Part shown: positions 1 to 10,782 of the stretch, in pieces | Layout: every line of letters starts with the position of its first letter | How positions within the stretch are numbered: position 1 is the first letter of the stretch | Assembly (NCBI GenBank): GCA_965226885.1 | Contig: CBDDEL010000015.1 | Span: forward strand, 256,001-320,000 | Direction of reading: 5' to 3' | Source of the DNA: Opitutales bacterium | GTDB lineage: Bacteria > Verrucomicrobiota > Verrucomicrobiia > Opitutales > UBA2987 | Length of the DNA: 64,000 nt | Made by a program: the position numbers and the translations under genes | Notes under the pieces: generated by a model | Seen by the model: only the letters and a program-made list of their open reading frames with translations | The model's database searches: none | What the model was told of the DNA's origin: nothing

Positions 1-3000
1 TCGTCGCCGATTTTGAAGCGTTTGACGCCCTCGCCCACCGCCACGACCTTGCCAGTACATTCGTCGCCCAGCCACTTGAGGTCTTCACTTTGCCCCGGGT
101 ACATGCCCAGAGCTTTCATCACATCGCGGAAATTCATGCCCACCGCGGCAACCTCGATTTCGATCTCTCCGCTCCCGGGGGTATTGCGACGCGTTTCCCT
201 CAAGCAAAGGTTGCTGAGCACACCCGGGGTTGGTATTTCCAGCCGGTAGGGTAAAATTTCGTGGCCGTTTACGGCCTCTTTCAAGAGCTCGGGAAGTTCC
301 TCCGGGGTGGGATTGGTCAAGCGGTTGCCATAACGCACCTGGCCCCTGTGCAGGGTCTCGAGTTCCTTGTCCTCCGAGCAGATTTCCTGGAAAACGATTC
401 TCGCCCATTCCTTCGGCAGCGACGGATCGAGGTCGATCCCGGTCCAGGCAAATTCCTGCTGCTCATTGTTGGCAACTCTGGCAAATCCGAATAACGGGGT
501 CGATGCGATGGAGGTGATTTCACCCATTGGGCCAAAAGATTGGGCGCCCTGGGTAATTAGCCAAACTCTCGGCTTTTCAGAAAATTCCTGGGCTGCCAGC
601 GCCTGGCCAAGGTTCATTGCGCTGATGCAGCCGGTTTTTTGGGCTTCCCGCAGGGACTCGGCGGTGATCTCGGCGGAAGATGGATGATCGAGACTCCACA
701 AATGAACCACACCGCGTAATCCTTTGGTGGCAACATCCATGGCCTCCATGATCTGGCGCATGTCATCGCCCGCATCGGGCCGAATGGTAAATTTTTGATC
801 GTTTTGGCGGGCATAGGAATCGCCCGCGTAAACCAGGGCGCAGGGGCAACCGTTTCTTTCCAGCTTGCCGGCGATGGCTTCGCCAACTCCGCCGGAGTCG
901 GCCATTATCAGCCAGGGTCCCTCCTTGCCGGAGAGCCGTTGGGCAGAGATTTCCTCCACCCGGTCGACCGTAATCTCCGGAACTTGCGCCAGAAAAACCG
1001 CTTGCTGCGCTTCTTCCTCGTCCATGCAATTGATGACCGATTTAACCTGGCAAAACCCGCTCTCCGATAATAAATCGCTCCACTTTTGCCGGGAAAGGAG
1101 GGCGCATTCTGGCCGAAGATCGGTATCCTCGTAATGCCACCAGCCTTTCATCAAACCGAAAACCTGGTCGAGTGAACGCAGGGATTTGGTCACTTCGAGG
1201 AACATCAAGAAGCCCCCGGAGGCCAGGCAGCGGCGCACATTGTGCAGGGTGCGCTTTAAGTCAACGGTGGCATGGAGGACGTTGGTGGCCAACACCAAGT
1301 CATAGGAATGAGGTTCGATCCCCTGGGTTGCGGGATCTTTTTCGATATCCAGAACAGTATAATCAACAAAATCATATTCTGTAAATTTCTGCCTGGCCTG
1401 AGAGGGGAATACCGGAGTGATGTCGGTAAAGGTGTATTGCGTTTTATCGGCCGGTAGAACAGGCAGGATCATCTCGGTCAAAGAACCGGTGCCTGCGCCG
1501 ATTTCCAGAATGCGGATTTTGCTGTTTTGCGGCAGCTTGGCCATGATGGCGGAAACTGATTTCTGGAGCAGTTCATTATAAGCGAGAAAATCCGCATCCT
1601 CTTTGTAAAAAGTTTCCAGCAAGGCAGCCGACTGGGGGGAAAAAATCAGTTGGAGCGGGTCCAGGCGGCCAGCCAGAACATCCGCCAGGTTGGCCCCGCA
1701 TTTCTTGAACAATGGAATCTGGGCATAAAAATCGGGGTACTGTTTGGCCAACGCATCGGCTGATTTTGCCGAATCGGGAGTATCCGGAATGATCCCTATT
1801 TCCCATTGGTCTCCCGGCAATGGCAGGAGGGCCCCTTCCTCGCTCAAAGCCTGCAAGAAGGCGTGCATCAGCCGGTCGTGCGTCTGCACGACCCCTAGGC
1901 TTTCCATGAGCCCTTCAACCGTTACCACATCACCCTTTTGCGGTTTCCAACCCAACTGAAGGAAACTATTTATGATCTGATAATAGCTCAATTTTTCCAG
2001 GGCGGGGAGGAACTCGCGGGCGTGTTTTCCTAATTGATATTGCTCGTAGAGCGGCTCGATTTCGGATTGGATGGTTTCGTAAACTTCATCCGGGCTGACT
2101 ATGGCGTGGGCGCCTTGGCGGATCGCGCTGCCCTGCAATCGGGACGGTTCCCATTTGAACTCATAGAGGCAGCTATCGAGGTCGTTTTCCTTTCTGGCCT
2201 CGCTTTGCTCCACACGCTGGCAGCGGAAGCCTTTGATCTCTGCGATCCGTATGCCCTTTTGGTCGTAAACCTGTATGTCAGAGGTTAAATCCTTGCCATT
2301 ATCGAAAAGAATATGGGCGTGGCTCCATATGCGCTGCTCAGGTTTGCGGAACAACCGGATGCGGTCCAATCCGACGGGCAGGTAAAAATTATCGGTGATA
2401 TCGCGATCATCTGGTAATTCCTGAGCCCGGCTGACACACTGAAAACAGGCGTCCAGCACAGCTGGATGGAAGAAATAGTCGTCTGAATTTTCAAAGATGA
2501 CATCGGGAATTTCAATCTCGCCGAGAGATTCTCCTGGGATTCTCCAGACATTCTGCAGGAGGGAAAAACAAACTCCGAACTGATAGCCAGCCTTGACCAT
2601 ATCTTCGTAAATAAGTTGGTGGCCAAATTTTTCCACCAATCGGGAACGAATTTTGCCCAAATCCGTTTTAAACTCTTTCTGCGGTGAAAGTTTTTGCAGA
2701 CGTCCCTGAGCATTTTGCTCCCAGATCAGAGTTGTTGCGCTTTCATCGGAACTATTGATTTCGAAGGAGGATTCTTTAGCGTCGCAGACAAATTGCAGGT
2801 TCCTGGAACTGTTGGATGCAAGAAAGAGCGCTTTCTCGAATTTGATGTCCTCAATCGAATAGGGTGTCTCGGCAAATAATTCATTGCCCGCGGCCAAGCC
2901 CATCTCGACATAGGCGGAAGCCGGGTAAACCAGCGAATCCCGCAAACGGTGGTCGTCCAGATAAGGATAGGCGGGAGGATAAAGAACGCATTTCCATGTC

Positions 3001-5759
3001 GGGTTGGGATCGCGCTGGCGAAGCCCTAAAAGGGGATGGGATTCCTCCTCCATGCGGTAGTCGAACGATTCACCGGATTCCAGCCAGAAGCGCTCGTGTT
3101 GCCAGGGATAGGTGGGCAGGCGGACATATTGGCCGTCTTTTCCATTCAATGTCTCCCAGTCGATGGGCAATCCAATGTTATATAGAGCGCCGAGCGAGTG
3201 CAACATTCTTTCCTGCTCCGGCTCTTTTCGGACTAGTGAGGGAAGAACGTAGCCTTTGGTTCCCACTTTGGCCATGCATTCCTGAATTGAGCTGGCCAGG
3301 GCCGGATGAGGGCCAAGTTCCAGAAATATCTTTTCCCCCTCCTCAATAATACCGCTGATGGCCGGACTAAAAAGGACGGTATTGCGAACATTCTGCCACC
3401 AATAGCCGGCATCCAATGAGGTTCCCTCCAGCAGCCCGCCGGTGACTGTGGATATAAAAGGAAGATTGCCCGCATGAGGTTCGATATCCGCCAGGGATTC
3501 CCTCAATTCCTCCACGATGGGATCCATCTGATGGGTATGGAAAGCGTAATCGATGCGCAACCAGCGTATGAATACCTGCTCCTTTTCAAGGGGCGCGATC
3601 ATGTTTTCGAGAATTTCGGTATCCCCTGCCATGGTAACCATGCTGGGGCTGTTGACCACCGCCACGGCGACCTGGTCTTCAAATCCGCTGATGACTTCGG
3701 CAGCCTTTTCCTGGGAAAGACCCACCCCCACCATGCGGCCTTTGCCTCCGGTTGTATTTTGCAGACGGCTGCGATGATAAATGATTTTTACGGCGTCTTC
3801 CAGGGTGTAAATTCCGGCCCAATAAGCGGCCGCTACCTCTCCCACGCTATGACCGATAATCTGCCCCGGCTCAATCCCTCGCGAGCGCCAAAGCTCGGCC
3901 AGGCCCACCTGCAAGGCAAAAATCGCAGGCTGGGCGATATCCGTGCGATTGATATTGGAATCCGCTTCCGGCTTGCACATCTCCTCCAGCAGCGACCAAT
4001 TGCCGAGCTTTTGTATCAAGATATCGATTTTTTTCAGGGTCCGGCGAAAAACAGGCTCTGTTTTGATTAATTCCTGGCCCATGCCCCACCATTGCGGGCC
4101 CTGGCCGGTAAAAACGAAGACTATCTGCGGTATTTCCGGGGAGGCCCGCCCGATTTCAATTCCGGCCACTTCCTTTTCCCCCGCGCTCCATGCCTTTAAC
4201 CGGGCGGTAATTTCATCCATGCTGGAACCGATTACGGCCAGCCGGTGTTCGTGATGGTTTTTGCGCAATGAAGCGGTGTGGATGACATCGCCCAGATTGA
4301 GGGCGGTCTCCTTCGCCTCCTGATGGTCCGAAAGAAAATCGGCCATCCCCTTAACTACTGCTTTGAGGGAATCGTCCGTATTGCCGGACAAAGGCAGCAA
4401 AACCGGTTGCTTCCGCCTTCTTTTCCGTTTCGCTCCGCCGTCGTGTTGGAGCGCTTCCGCCGGCCGTTCGGACAGAACGATATGAGCATTGGTGCCGCCA
4501 AAACCGAATGAGTTGACAGCGGCCACAGCGGGCTCTTCGGTTTCGGGCAATGGCTCCGCCTCCAGCGGCACCCTCAGGTGCAGCTCCTCGAAGGGAATGT
4601 TGGGGTTGGGAGTCTCAAAATTCAAATTGGGGGGAATGATCCGGTGGTGGAGAACCAATGCGGCCTTGATCAGCCCGGCCACGCCGGAACCTGATTCGAG
4701 ATGGCCGACATTGGTTTTGACGGAACCGATAACACAAAAGTCGTTTTCCGCCCGGCCGCGGCTAAGGACATTGCCCAAGGCCCGCACTTCGATGGGGTCG
4801 CCCACCGGCGTGCCGGTTCCATGAGCTTCCATGTAATTAACCCGGCTGGGAGAGATGCCGGCTTGCTCATAGGCCTCCTCAAGCATCTGCGACTGCGATT
4901 CCAGACCCGGCACCGTCATGGCATTGGTACGCCCGTCCTGGTTGATGACGGTGGCATGAATTACGGCATAGACCGGATCCTTTTCCGCCAAGGCCCGCGA
5001 TAGGGGTTTGATGACGAGCATGCCGGCGCCTTCACCGCGTACGTAGCCATTGGCGCGGGCGTCGAAGGCGAAACATTTGCCGCTCGGCGAAAGCATGGAT
5101 GCCTTGCTGAAACCGATGAACGCATCGGGCATCAGAAGGGCGTTGACGCCGCCCGCCAGGGCAGTGTCGCACTGCCCGTCCCATAAACTGCGGCAGGCCA
5201 GGTTGACGGCCACCAGGGCGGAGGAGCAAGCCGTGTCCACCGATATACTGGGCCCCTTGAAATTGAAAAGGTAGGAAATACGGTTGGAAGCAATGCTCAG
5301 AGTGCTGCCGCTATTGGTGTGCACATCCACATCGGCGGGGCTTTTCATCTGAATATTGGCGTAATCGTTGCTGGCGATTCCGACAAATACCCCGGTACGA
5401 GTGCCGGACAGTTTTTCGGGCGGCTGCCCACCGTCTTCGAGGGCTTCCCAGGCAACCTCCAGGAGCCACCTTTGCTGGGGGTCCATGCGAAGCGCTTCGC
5501 GCGGGGATATTCCAAAAAAACGGGCGTCGAACATTTCGACATTGTCGATAAATCCGCCCCACCGGGTGATCATTTTGCCTGGAATCTGCGGATTGGGATC
5601 ATAATAACGATCGACATTCCAGCGGTCCTCGGGAACGACCCGGATGGCATCCTTGCCAGCCATTAAATTATTCCAGAATGTCGTCGGATGGTTGGCCCCG
5701 CCGGGCAGCCGGCAGCCAATACCGATGATGGCCAGGGGTTCTTTCCCTTTGCCCGTCAT
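1..5759 (-). CDS. Reducing type I polyketide synthase, KS-AT-DH-cMT-(pseudo-KR)-ER; C-terminal part lies outside the window
   Basis: ATG at 5759 after GGAGG. Same frame at both ends and no track ORF terminates in this frame, so it is open to the edge. Motifs read by hand: KS DTACSS, EAHGTGTPVGDPIE, NSFGFGGTNAH; AT FTGQGPQW, GHSVGE, YAFH; DH HRLRDSLVYP, HPAVLDACFQ; MT ILEIGAGTG, NVLHAT; ER GMNFRDVM. Confidence 0.95.
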   Translation of the reverse strand, partial: MTGKGKEPLAIIGIGCRLPGGANHPTTFWNNLMAGKDAIRVVPEDRWNVDRYYDPNPQIPGKMITRWGGFIDNVEMFDARFFGISPREALRMDPQQRWLLEVAWEALEDGGQPPEKLSGTRTGVFVGIASNDYANIQMKSPADVDVHTNSGSTLSIASNRISYLFNFKGPSISVDTACSSALVAVNLACRSLWDGQCDTALAGGVNALLMPDAFIGFSKASMLSPSGKCFAFDARANGYVRGEGAGMLVIKPLSRALAEKDPVYAVIHATVINQDGRTNAMTVPGLESQSQMLEEAYEQAGISPSRVNYMEAHGTGTPVGDPIEVRALGNVLSRGRAENDFCVIGSVKTNVGHLESGSGVAGLIKAALVLHHRIIPPNLNFETPNPNIPFEELHLRVPLEAEPLPETEEPAVAAVNSFGFGGTNAHIVLSERPAEALQHDGGAKRKRRRKQPVLLPLSGNTDDSLKAVVKGMADFLSDHQEAKETALNLGDVIHTASLRKNHHEHRLAVIGSSMDEITARLKAWSAGEKEVAGIEIGRASPEIPQIVFVFTGQGPQWWGMGQELIKTEPVFRRTLKKIDILIQKLGNWSLLEEMCKPEADSNINRTDIAQPAIFALQVGLAELWRSRGIEPGQIIGHSVGEVAAAYWAGIYTLEDAVKIIYHRSRLQNTTGGKGRMVGVGLSQEKAAEVISGFEDQVAVAVVNSPSMVTMAGDTEILENMIAPLEKEQVFIRWLRIDYAFHTHQMDPIVEELRESLADIEPHAGNLPFISTVTGGLLEGTSLDAGYWWQNVRNTVLFSPAISGIIEEGEKIFLELGPHPALASSIQECMAKVGTKGYVLPSLVRKEPEQERMLHSLGALYNIGLPIDWETLNGKDGQYVRLPTYPWQHERFWLESGESFDYRMEEESHPLLGLRQRDPNPTWKCVLYPPAYPYLDDHRLRDSLVYPASAYVEMGLAAGNELFAETPYSIEDIKFEKALFLASNSSRNLQFVCDAKESSFEINSSDESATTLIWEQNAQGRLQKLSPQKEFKTDLGKIRSRLVEKFGHQLIYEDMVKAGYQFGVCFSLLQNVWRIPGESLGEIEIPDVIFENSDDYFFHPAVLDACFQCVSRAQELPDDRDITDNFYLPVGLDRIRLFRKPEQRIWSHAHILFDNGKDLTSDIQVYDQKGIRIAEIKGFRCQRVEQSEARKENDLDSCLYEFKWEPSRLQGSAIRQGAHAIVSPDEVYETIQSEIEPLYEQYQLGKHAREFLPALEKLSYYQIINSFLQLGWKPQKGDVVTVEGLMESLGVVQTHDRLMHAFLQALSEEGALLPLPGDQWEIGIIPDTPDSAKSADALAKQYPDFYAQIPLFKKCGANLADVLAGRLDPLQLIFSPQSAALLETFYKEDADFLAYNELLQKSVSAIMAKLPQNSKIRILEIGAGTGSLTEMILPVLPADKTQYTFTDITPVFPSQARQKFTEYDFVDYTVLDIEKDPATQGIEPHSYDLVLATNVLHATVDLKRTLHNVRRCLASGGFLMFLEVTKSLRSLDQVFGLMKGWWHYEDTDLRPECALLSRQKWSDLLSESGFCQVKSVINCMDEEEAQQAVFLAQVPEITVDRVEEISAQRLSGKEGPWLIMADSGGVGEAIAGKLERNGCPCALVYAGDSYARQNDQKFTIRPDAGDDMRQIMEAMDVATKGLRGVVHLWSLDHPSSAEITAESLREAQKTGCISAMNLGQALAAQEFSEKPRVWLITQGAQSFGPMGEITSIASTPLFGFARVANNEQQEFAWTGIDLDPSLPKEWARIVFQEICSEDKELETLHRGQVRYGNRLTNPTPEELPELLKEAVNGHEILPYRLEIPTPGVLSNLCLRETRRNTPGSGEIEIEVAAVGMNFRDVMKALGMYPGQSEDLKWLGDECTGKVVAVGEGVKRFKIGD

Positions 5760-5972
5760 ACGGATGCCCTCCGCCGTTGTTGGCCGCTCGGGGTAATCGA
5801 GGCAAGCCCTTTCCGGAAAGAAAATTTGTGTTCAATCAAGTCAATCATACCGTGATAAGGGGATATCTTAATGAATAAGGCCATAAGCAATGTCTAGCCA
5901 AAACATGGGACTAAAAATAGAGGTTCGGGGTCGTTCAAATGATGCAAAATATTCGTTGGGAAAGTCCCTCGG

Positions 5973-6010
5973 CTTTGTCAAGAGCGCTGTTCTTTGTCAA
6001 GAGCGCTGTT
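5973..6010. repeat. Perfect 19-bp tandem duplication
   Basis: ctttgtcaagagcgctgtt x2. Confidence 0.9.
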
Positions 6011-6378
6011 CTGGGAAAAAGGATAATATTTTTGCCGTTTCCGGCGGGTGCAGCTGCTAAACGGATAATCTGAAAGGATCATATTTGTGTGTTGGCAGAT
6101 ATTCCGGGTTTCGTTTAAGAAAGGTTTGGAGAGCGAATAATTCTTTGTTGAAAATCGTAAGGAACCCGGACAAATTCCCTGAATACTTGCATATCATAGA
6201 GTTGAAGAATAGTACCGATGGCCCCTTTGTCAATTATTTCGTTGCCCCTGAACGCATAGGTGCCATACCGATTGTTGGTCTCATTTGGCGTTTGTTTCCA
6301 TTTCGATATTTGATCGCTGGCCGCTAATTTATACCCAAACCCTCACTTTTCTCTCTAAGGAATGGGCCTCAATTTTAT

Positions 6379-6395
6379 AGCAAAAAACGTGCCCA
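6379..6395 (-). promoter_or_regulatory. Putative sigma-54 (-24/-12) promoter facing the PKS
   Basis: Minus strand TGGGCACGTTTTTTGCT matches GGCACG-N4-TTGCW. Confidence 0.45.
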
Positions 6396-6502
6396 TAAGT
6401 GGAATTGAAGAAGAAATTGGGGCCTGTAGGGCCGGATTCCGTTGTTGACCGCCCAGATGCGATTCCGTAACGAATTAAATAACATCCAGTATCCCCAGCG
6501 CC

Positions 6503-9500
6503 ATGAAATTAACCGAGATCGCCATTAAAGAAAACCGTTTGACCCTGACGCTGGCCGTTTTCGTCGTTCTCGGCGGGTTGATAGCCTTGTTTAACCTGCC
6601 AAGGTCCGAAGATCCCAAAATTCCTTTCCGATTCGCCCTTGTGACCACTATTTACCCCGGCGCTTCAGCCGAGCGAATGGAAAACCTGGTCTCCAGAAAA
6701 ATCGAGGAAGCGGTCAAAGAGGTGCCTGAAGTCGAATTCGTCAACAGTCTTTCCCGCCGCAACGCTTCGGGGGTCCTCATAAAGCTGAAGGATGATTACA
6801 AAGACTTGCGACCCATTTGGGATCGCTTGCGGAGGAAGATCGAGCGGGTAGGCAATGACTTTCCCGACGGTGTCAGGGGGCCATTTTTTAACGATGAATA
6901 TGGCGAGGTATTCGGCATCATAGTTACTATCTCCAGTCGAAATCTTCATTACCGTGAGATCAAGAATGCGATCGATGCCTTGCACCAGCGATTGCTCGGG
7001 CTTTCACAGGTATCCAAGGTGATCGAGCTTGGCCAACGGGAGGAACGGATCACCATTACCTACGACGATGCGGAGATGGCCGAGGCCGGGCTTTCCCCCT
7101 TCCATTTCAAATCCTACCTGGAGGCGCAAAACGTTATCGCTCCGGGTGGCGGCCTCCTGGAAGGCCGCAAACGCATCGCGACCGAACCGGCCAGCGATTT
7201 GGAAAACCTGTCAGACATCGAGAACCTCTATGTGGCTTTCCCAGAAGACGAAGACGCCTTTAGCCTGGGCGAACTAGTGGATGTCACCAGCGGATTCAAA
7301 GACCCTCCCGACAGCTTGTTGCGATCTTCAGGAGTTCCCGCCATCGGTCTTGGGATTTCCCTGCGGGAAGGAGGAAACATTGAAAAGCTGGGTCGCCAGG
7401 TTCAGATGGCGGTGGACGATTTTTCCAGTTCTACCATCGAAGGATTGCAATTCGACTACGTGGCCTTCGAGCCGGAACGGGTAAAAAAGCGGATCAACAG
7501 GTTCTTCATCAATCTTCTGCAAAGCCTGCTCATTGTGGGAATCATTCTCATGGTCACCCTGGGGCTGCGCACTGGCTCGGTCGTAGCCAGCATGATGCCG
7601 CTGGCAGTTCTGGCCGCCCTCTGCGTAATGCTCGCCGTCGGCCTCAATATCAACCTGGTGGCGCTTGCCGCATTTATCGTCGTGCTGGGCATCATGGTGG
7701 ACACCCATATCGTAATTTCGGAACGCATCATGGTCCTGCGGGGGCAAGGCATGTCCGCCCTGGACGCCGCCACCACCACGACAAGCGAGCTTTATCCCCC
7801 CTTGCTGACGGCCACCTTTACCACCGTAGCGGGATTTTTGCCCATCTATGTGGCCAATTCGACTGGCGGCGAATACGTCACGCCCCTCTTCACGATTGTT
7901 ATGATCACCTTGTTTTGCTCGACGTTTTTCGCCTTCACCATTACGCCGGCGCTCTCCATCAAATTCTTCAAGGTAAACCCGGACGGCCATAAACCGCTCA
8001 CCGAAAAGCCCATTTACAAGGTTTACCATAAAATACTTTTGTTTCTGCTGCCGCGGCCCTTTCTTGTCCTGACAACCCTCGCGGTAGTGTTTTCATTATC
8101 GATCTACGGTTTTCGATTTATTCCCACTATATTTTTTCCTGCTTCAGACAGACCCATATTTACGGTCGATCTCGAATTTCCAGCCGGAACGGTCATTGAG
8201 CAGACCGAGCAGGCTGCCGCCAAAATCGATCAATTTGTCCGGGAAAACCTGCTCGTTGAGCAAAATGACGGAGTGGGCATCACCAATTGGGTATCCTTCA
8301 TCGGCCGCAATGCCCCGCGTTTCATTCTCAATCATCGAACGCGCGAGTATAATCCCGAATACGCCTACTTTATTTTCAATATCACCTCCACGGATGATTT
8401 TACCTGGCTGCGGTCGAAGCTGGACGCGTTTTGCGCAGAAAACATGGCGGACGGCCAATACCGCATCCGCCGCATCGAGGCGGGCCCGGCCGTCGGTTTT
8501 CCCATCCGGGTCCATATTTCCGGCGAAAATCAGGAGGGCATGTTCGCTATCGCGGAGGAAATCCAGGAGGAAATGGGAAAACTGCCGGGGGTCTTCAACA
8601 TCAACAATAATTGGGGCGCTCCCATCAAAAAATATCGCGTCGTTATCGAAGAGGAGGCCGCCGGGCTGGCCGGGGTAACGCATGGCGAAATCGCCATGGC
8701 CTTGCAAACCTACCTGACGGGCATACCGGTCACTGAAATCCAACAGGGAAAAGACAGCATCCCCATCATCATTCAATCGTCGGTGCAAGGCGCCGATGCA
8801 TTGGAAAAAATCAACGCCCTCCAGGTTTACTCAAGTATCTACAAACGATCGGTGCCGCTGAATGAGGTGGCCGCCATGGTCGAAGTTTATGAATCGGCCA
8901 ACATCATGCGGCGGGAATTCCGGCGCACCGTCACGGTCAGGGCGGATGTCGAGCCGGGCCTCAATCCGAAAAAAGTAGACCGCGCCCTGGAAAAATTCAT
9001 GGAGCAAAAAAAACCGCAATGGGCCGATGCATTTTATGTTCGGCTGGGGGGCGAAGGTACCGAATCGGCCAAGGCCAACCTTTCCATCCTCAAAAACGTC
9101 CACTGGGCATTCTTTATCATTCTGCTCCTTCTGGTTAAGCAAACCCGCTCCTTTCGCCGCTCCTTCATTATAATGAGCGCGGTGCCCATGGGCATCATCG
9201 GGGTGGTCTTCGGGCTTTTGGTCACCCGCCAGCCATTTGGATTCACCACCCTGATCGGCATCGTCTCCTTGACCGGCATCGTGGTGAACAACGCCATCAT
9301 CCTGATCGACCGCATTCGCATCAACACGGGGAAAGGTGAATTATGCGCCCAGGAGTGCATTGTGGAAGCCGCCCTCGACCGAATGCGCCCCATCCTCTTA
9401 ACCACCATAACCACCGTGGGCGGGATTATGCCCCTTTATCTGAGGGGAAACCCAACCTGGCAAGGCATGGCCGTGGCCATCATTTTCGGCCTCCTTTTCG

Positions 9501-9595
9501 CCACCGTTCTGGTTTTGGGAATTGTCCCGGTTCTCTATGCGCTCCTTTTCCGCGTTTCTTTCAAAGGTTACCGCAAAGCGGATGAGGAAAACTGA
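6503..9595 (+). CDS. RND efflux transporter permease (AcrB/AcrD/AcrF family)
   Basis: 1030 aa with two periplasmic loops; YPGASAERME, GIVVNNAIILID, RMRPILLTTITT. Confidence 0.92.
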   Translation: MKLTEIAIKENRLTLTLAVFVVLGGLIALFNLPRSEDPKIPFRFALVTTIYPGASAERMENLVSRKIEEAVKEVPEVEFVNSLSRRNASGVLIKLKDDYKDLRPIWDRLRRKIERVGNDFPDGVRGPFFNDEYGEVFGIIVTISSRNLHYREIKNAIDALHQRLLGLSQVSKVIELGQREERITITYDDAEMAEAGLSPFHFKSYLEAQNVIAPGGGLLEGRKRIATEPASDLENLSDIENLYVAFPEDEDAFSLGELVDVTSGFKDPPDSLLRSSGVPAIGLGISLREGGNIEKLGRQVQMAVDDFSSSTIEGLQFDYVAFEPERVKKRINRFFINLLQSLLIVGIILMVTLGLRTGSVVASMMPLAVLAALCVMLAVGLNINLVALAAFIVVLGIMVDTHIVISERIMVLRGQGMSALDAATTTTSELYPPLLTATFTTVAGFLPIYVANSTGGEYVTPLFTIVMITLFCSTFFAFTITPALSIKFFKVNPDGHKPLTEKPIYKVYHKILLFLLPRPFLVLTTLAVVFSLSIYGFRFIPTIFFPASDRPIFTVDLEFPAGTVIEQTEQAAAKIDQFVRENLLVEQNDGVGITNWVSFIGRNAPRFILNHRTREYNPEYAYFIFNITSTDDFTWLRSKLDAFCAENMADGQYRIRRIEAGPAVGFPIRVHISGENQEGMFAIAEEIQEEMGKLPGVFNINNNWGAPIKKYRVVIEEEAAGLAGVTHGEIAMALQTYLTGIPVTEIQQGKDSIPIIIQSSVQGADALEKINALQVYSSIYKRSVPLNEVAAMVEVYESANIMRREFRRTVTVRADVEPGLNPKKVDRALEKFMEQKKPQWADAFYVRLGGEGTESAKANLSILKNVHWAFFIILLLLVKQTRSFRRSFIIMSAVPMGIIGVVFGLLVTRQPFGFTTLIGIVSLTGIVVNNAIILIDRIRINTGKGELCAQECIVEAALDRMRPILLTTITTVGGIMPLYLRGNPTWQGMAVAIIFGLLFATVLVLGIVPVLYALLFRVSFKGYRKADEEN

Positions 9596-9625
9596 TTGCG
9601 CAAAAAAACCCTTTCGATTCGAGCC

Positions 9626-9970
9626 ATGAACGTAATTCTCTACCACAACCCGAGATGCAGCAAATCCCACCAAACCCTGGCGTTGCTGCATGAAAATGGC
9701 GTGCAGCCGGAAATTATCGAATATTTGAAAACCCCGCCGAATGTCGAAGAACTGGAAGACCTATTGGTCAAACTAGGTCTCGAACCGAAAAACATAGTGC
9801 GGCCCGCCGAAGCCAAAGAAGCCGGAATCAACCAACTGGACGGCAAATCCCTTTTGGCCGCGCTGGCCGAGAACCCCGGGGCATTGCAGCGGCCCATCGC
9901 GGTATGCGGCCACAGGGCCGTCATCGGGCGGCCTCCGGAAAACGTCCTCACCCTTTTATCGGCCCGATGA
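9626..9970 (+). CDS. arsC: ArsC-family arsenate reductase (glutaredoxin type)
   Basis: [23 protein letters not shown] at 9626. Confidence 0.85.
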   Translation: MNVILYHNPRCSKSHQTLALLHENGVQPEIIEYLKTPPNVEELEDLLVKLGLEPKNIVRPAEAKEAGINQLDGKSLLAALAENPGALQRPIAVCGHRAVIGRPPENVLTLLSAR

Positions 9971-10782
9971 AATCCCGCTGGCAACTGGAGGGCAAAAATG
10001 CCTTGATAACAGGCGGCACGAGGGGCATTGGCCGGGCTATCGCGGAGGAATTTGTCTCTTTGGGAGCCAAAGTTTGCCTGGTCGCCAGGAACATCGATCC
10101 GGCCCATGAATTGGTTGAAAGATGGAATCGGGAAGGTTGCGAGGCCATCGCCATACAGGCCGATTTGAGCCGGGCGGAAGACCGTCAAACGCTTTGCGCG
10201 GAATTGGCAAAAAAATGGTCCCGGCTGGATATTTTAATCAACAACAGCGGCATAAACATCCGCAAGGCCGCGGTTGATTATTCACTTGAGGAATATTACA
10301 AAATTATCGATACGAACCTGACTTCCGCCTTCGATCTTTGCCGGCTCCTCCACCCCATGCTGAAAAAATCGAAAGAGGGCAGTGTGGTCAACATCGCCTC
10401 GGTGGCCGGCCTTTTCCATGTGCGCAGCGGCGCCCCTTACGGAATGAGCAAAGCCGCCATGACCCAACTGACCCGCAACCTGGCGGTGGAATGGGCCCAG
10501 GATGGCATCCGCGTAAATGCCGTGGCGCCTTGGTATATTAAAACGCCCCTCGTCAAAGCGCTCCTGGAAGATCCTGAATTCATCAACCCCGTTTTGGAGC
10601 GCACCCCTCTGGGCCGGGTCGGCGAACCCCGAGAGGTTGCCGCGGTTGCGGCTTTTCTCTGTATGCCGGCCTCATCCTACATCACCGGACAATGCCTGGT
10701 GGTGGATGGGGGAACCACCGTTTGTGCTTTTCATCCACAATGGGAAAATATCCTGCAACCAGGTCCACCTTCTGCGGTATGA
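9967..10782 (+). CDS. SDR oxidoreductase (tropinone reductase-like)
   Basis: [32 protein letters not shown] overlap with arsC. Confidence 0.9.
   Translation: MKSRWQLEGKNALITGGTRGIGRAIAEEFVSLGAKVCLVARNIDPAHELVERWNREGCEAIAIQADLSRAEDRQTLCAELAKKWSRLDILINNSGINIRKAAVDYSLEEYYKIIDTNLTSAFDLCRLLHPMLKKSKEGSVVNIASVAGLFHVRSGAPYGMSKAAMTQLTRNLAVEWAQDGIRVNAVAPWYIKTPLVKALLEDPEFINPVLERTPLGRVGEPREVAAVAAFLCMPASSYITGQCLVVDGGTTVCAFHPQWENILQPGPPSAV

Noticed and set aside
13..5666. Many short track ORFs at the left end
   Set aside because: All overlap the single PKS frame in other frames or on the other strand
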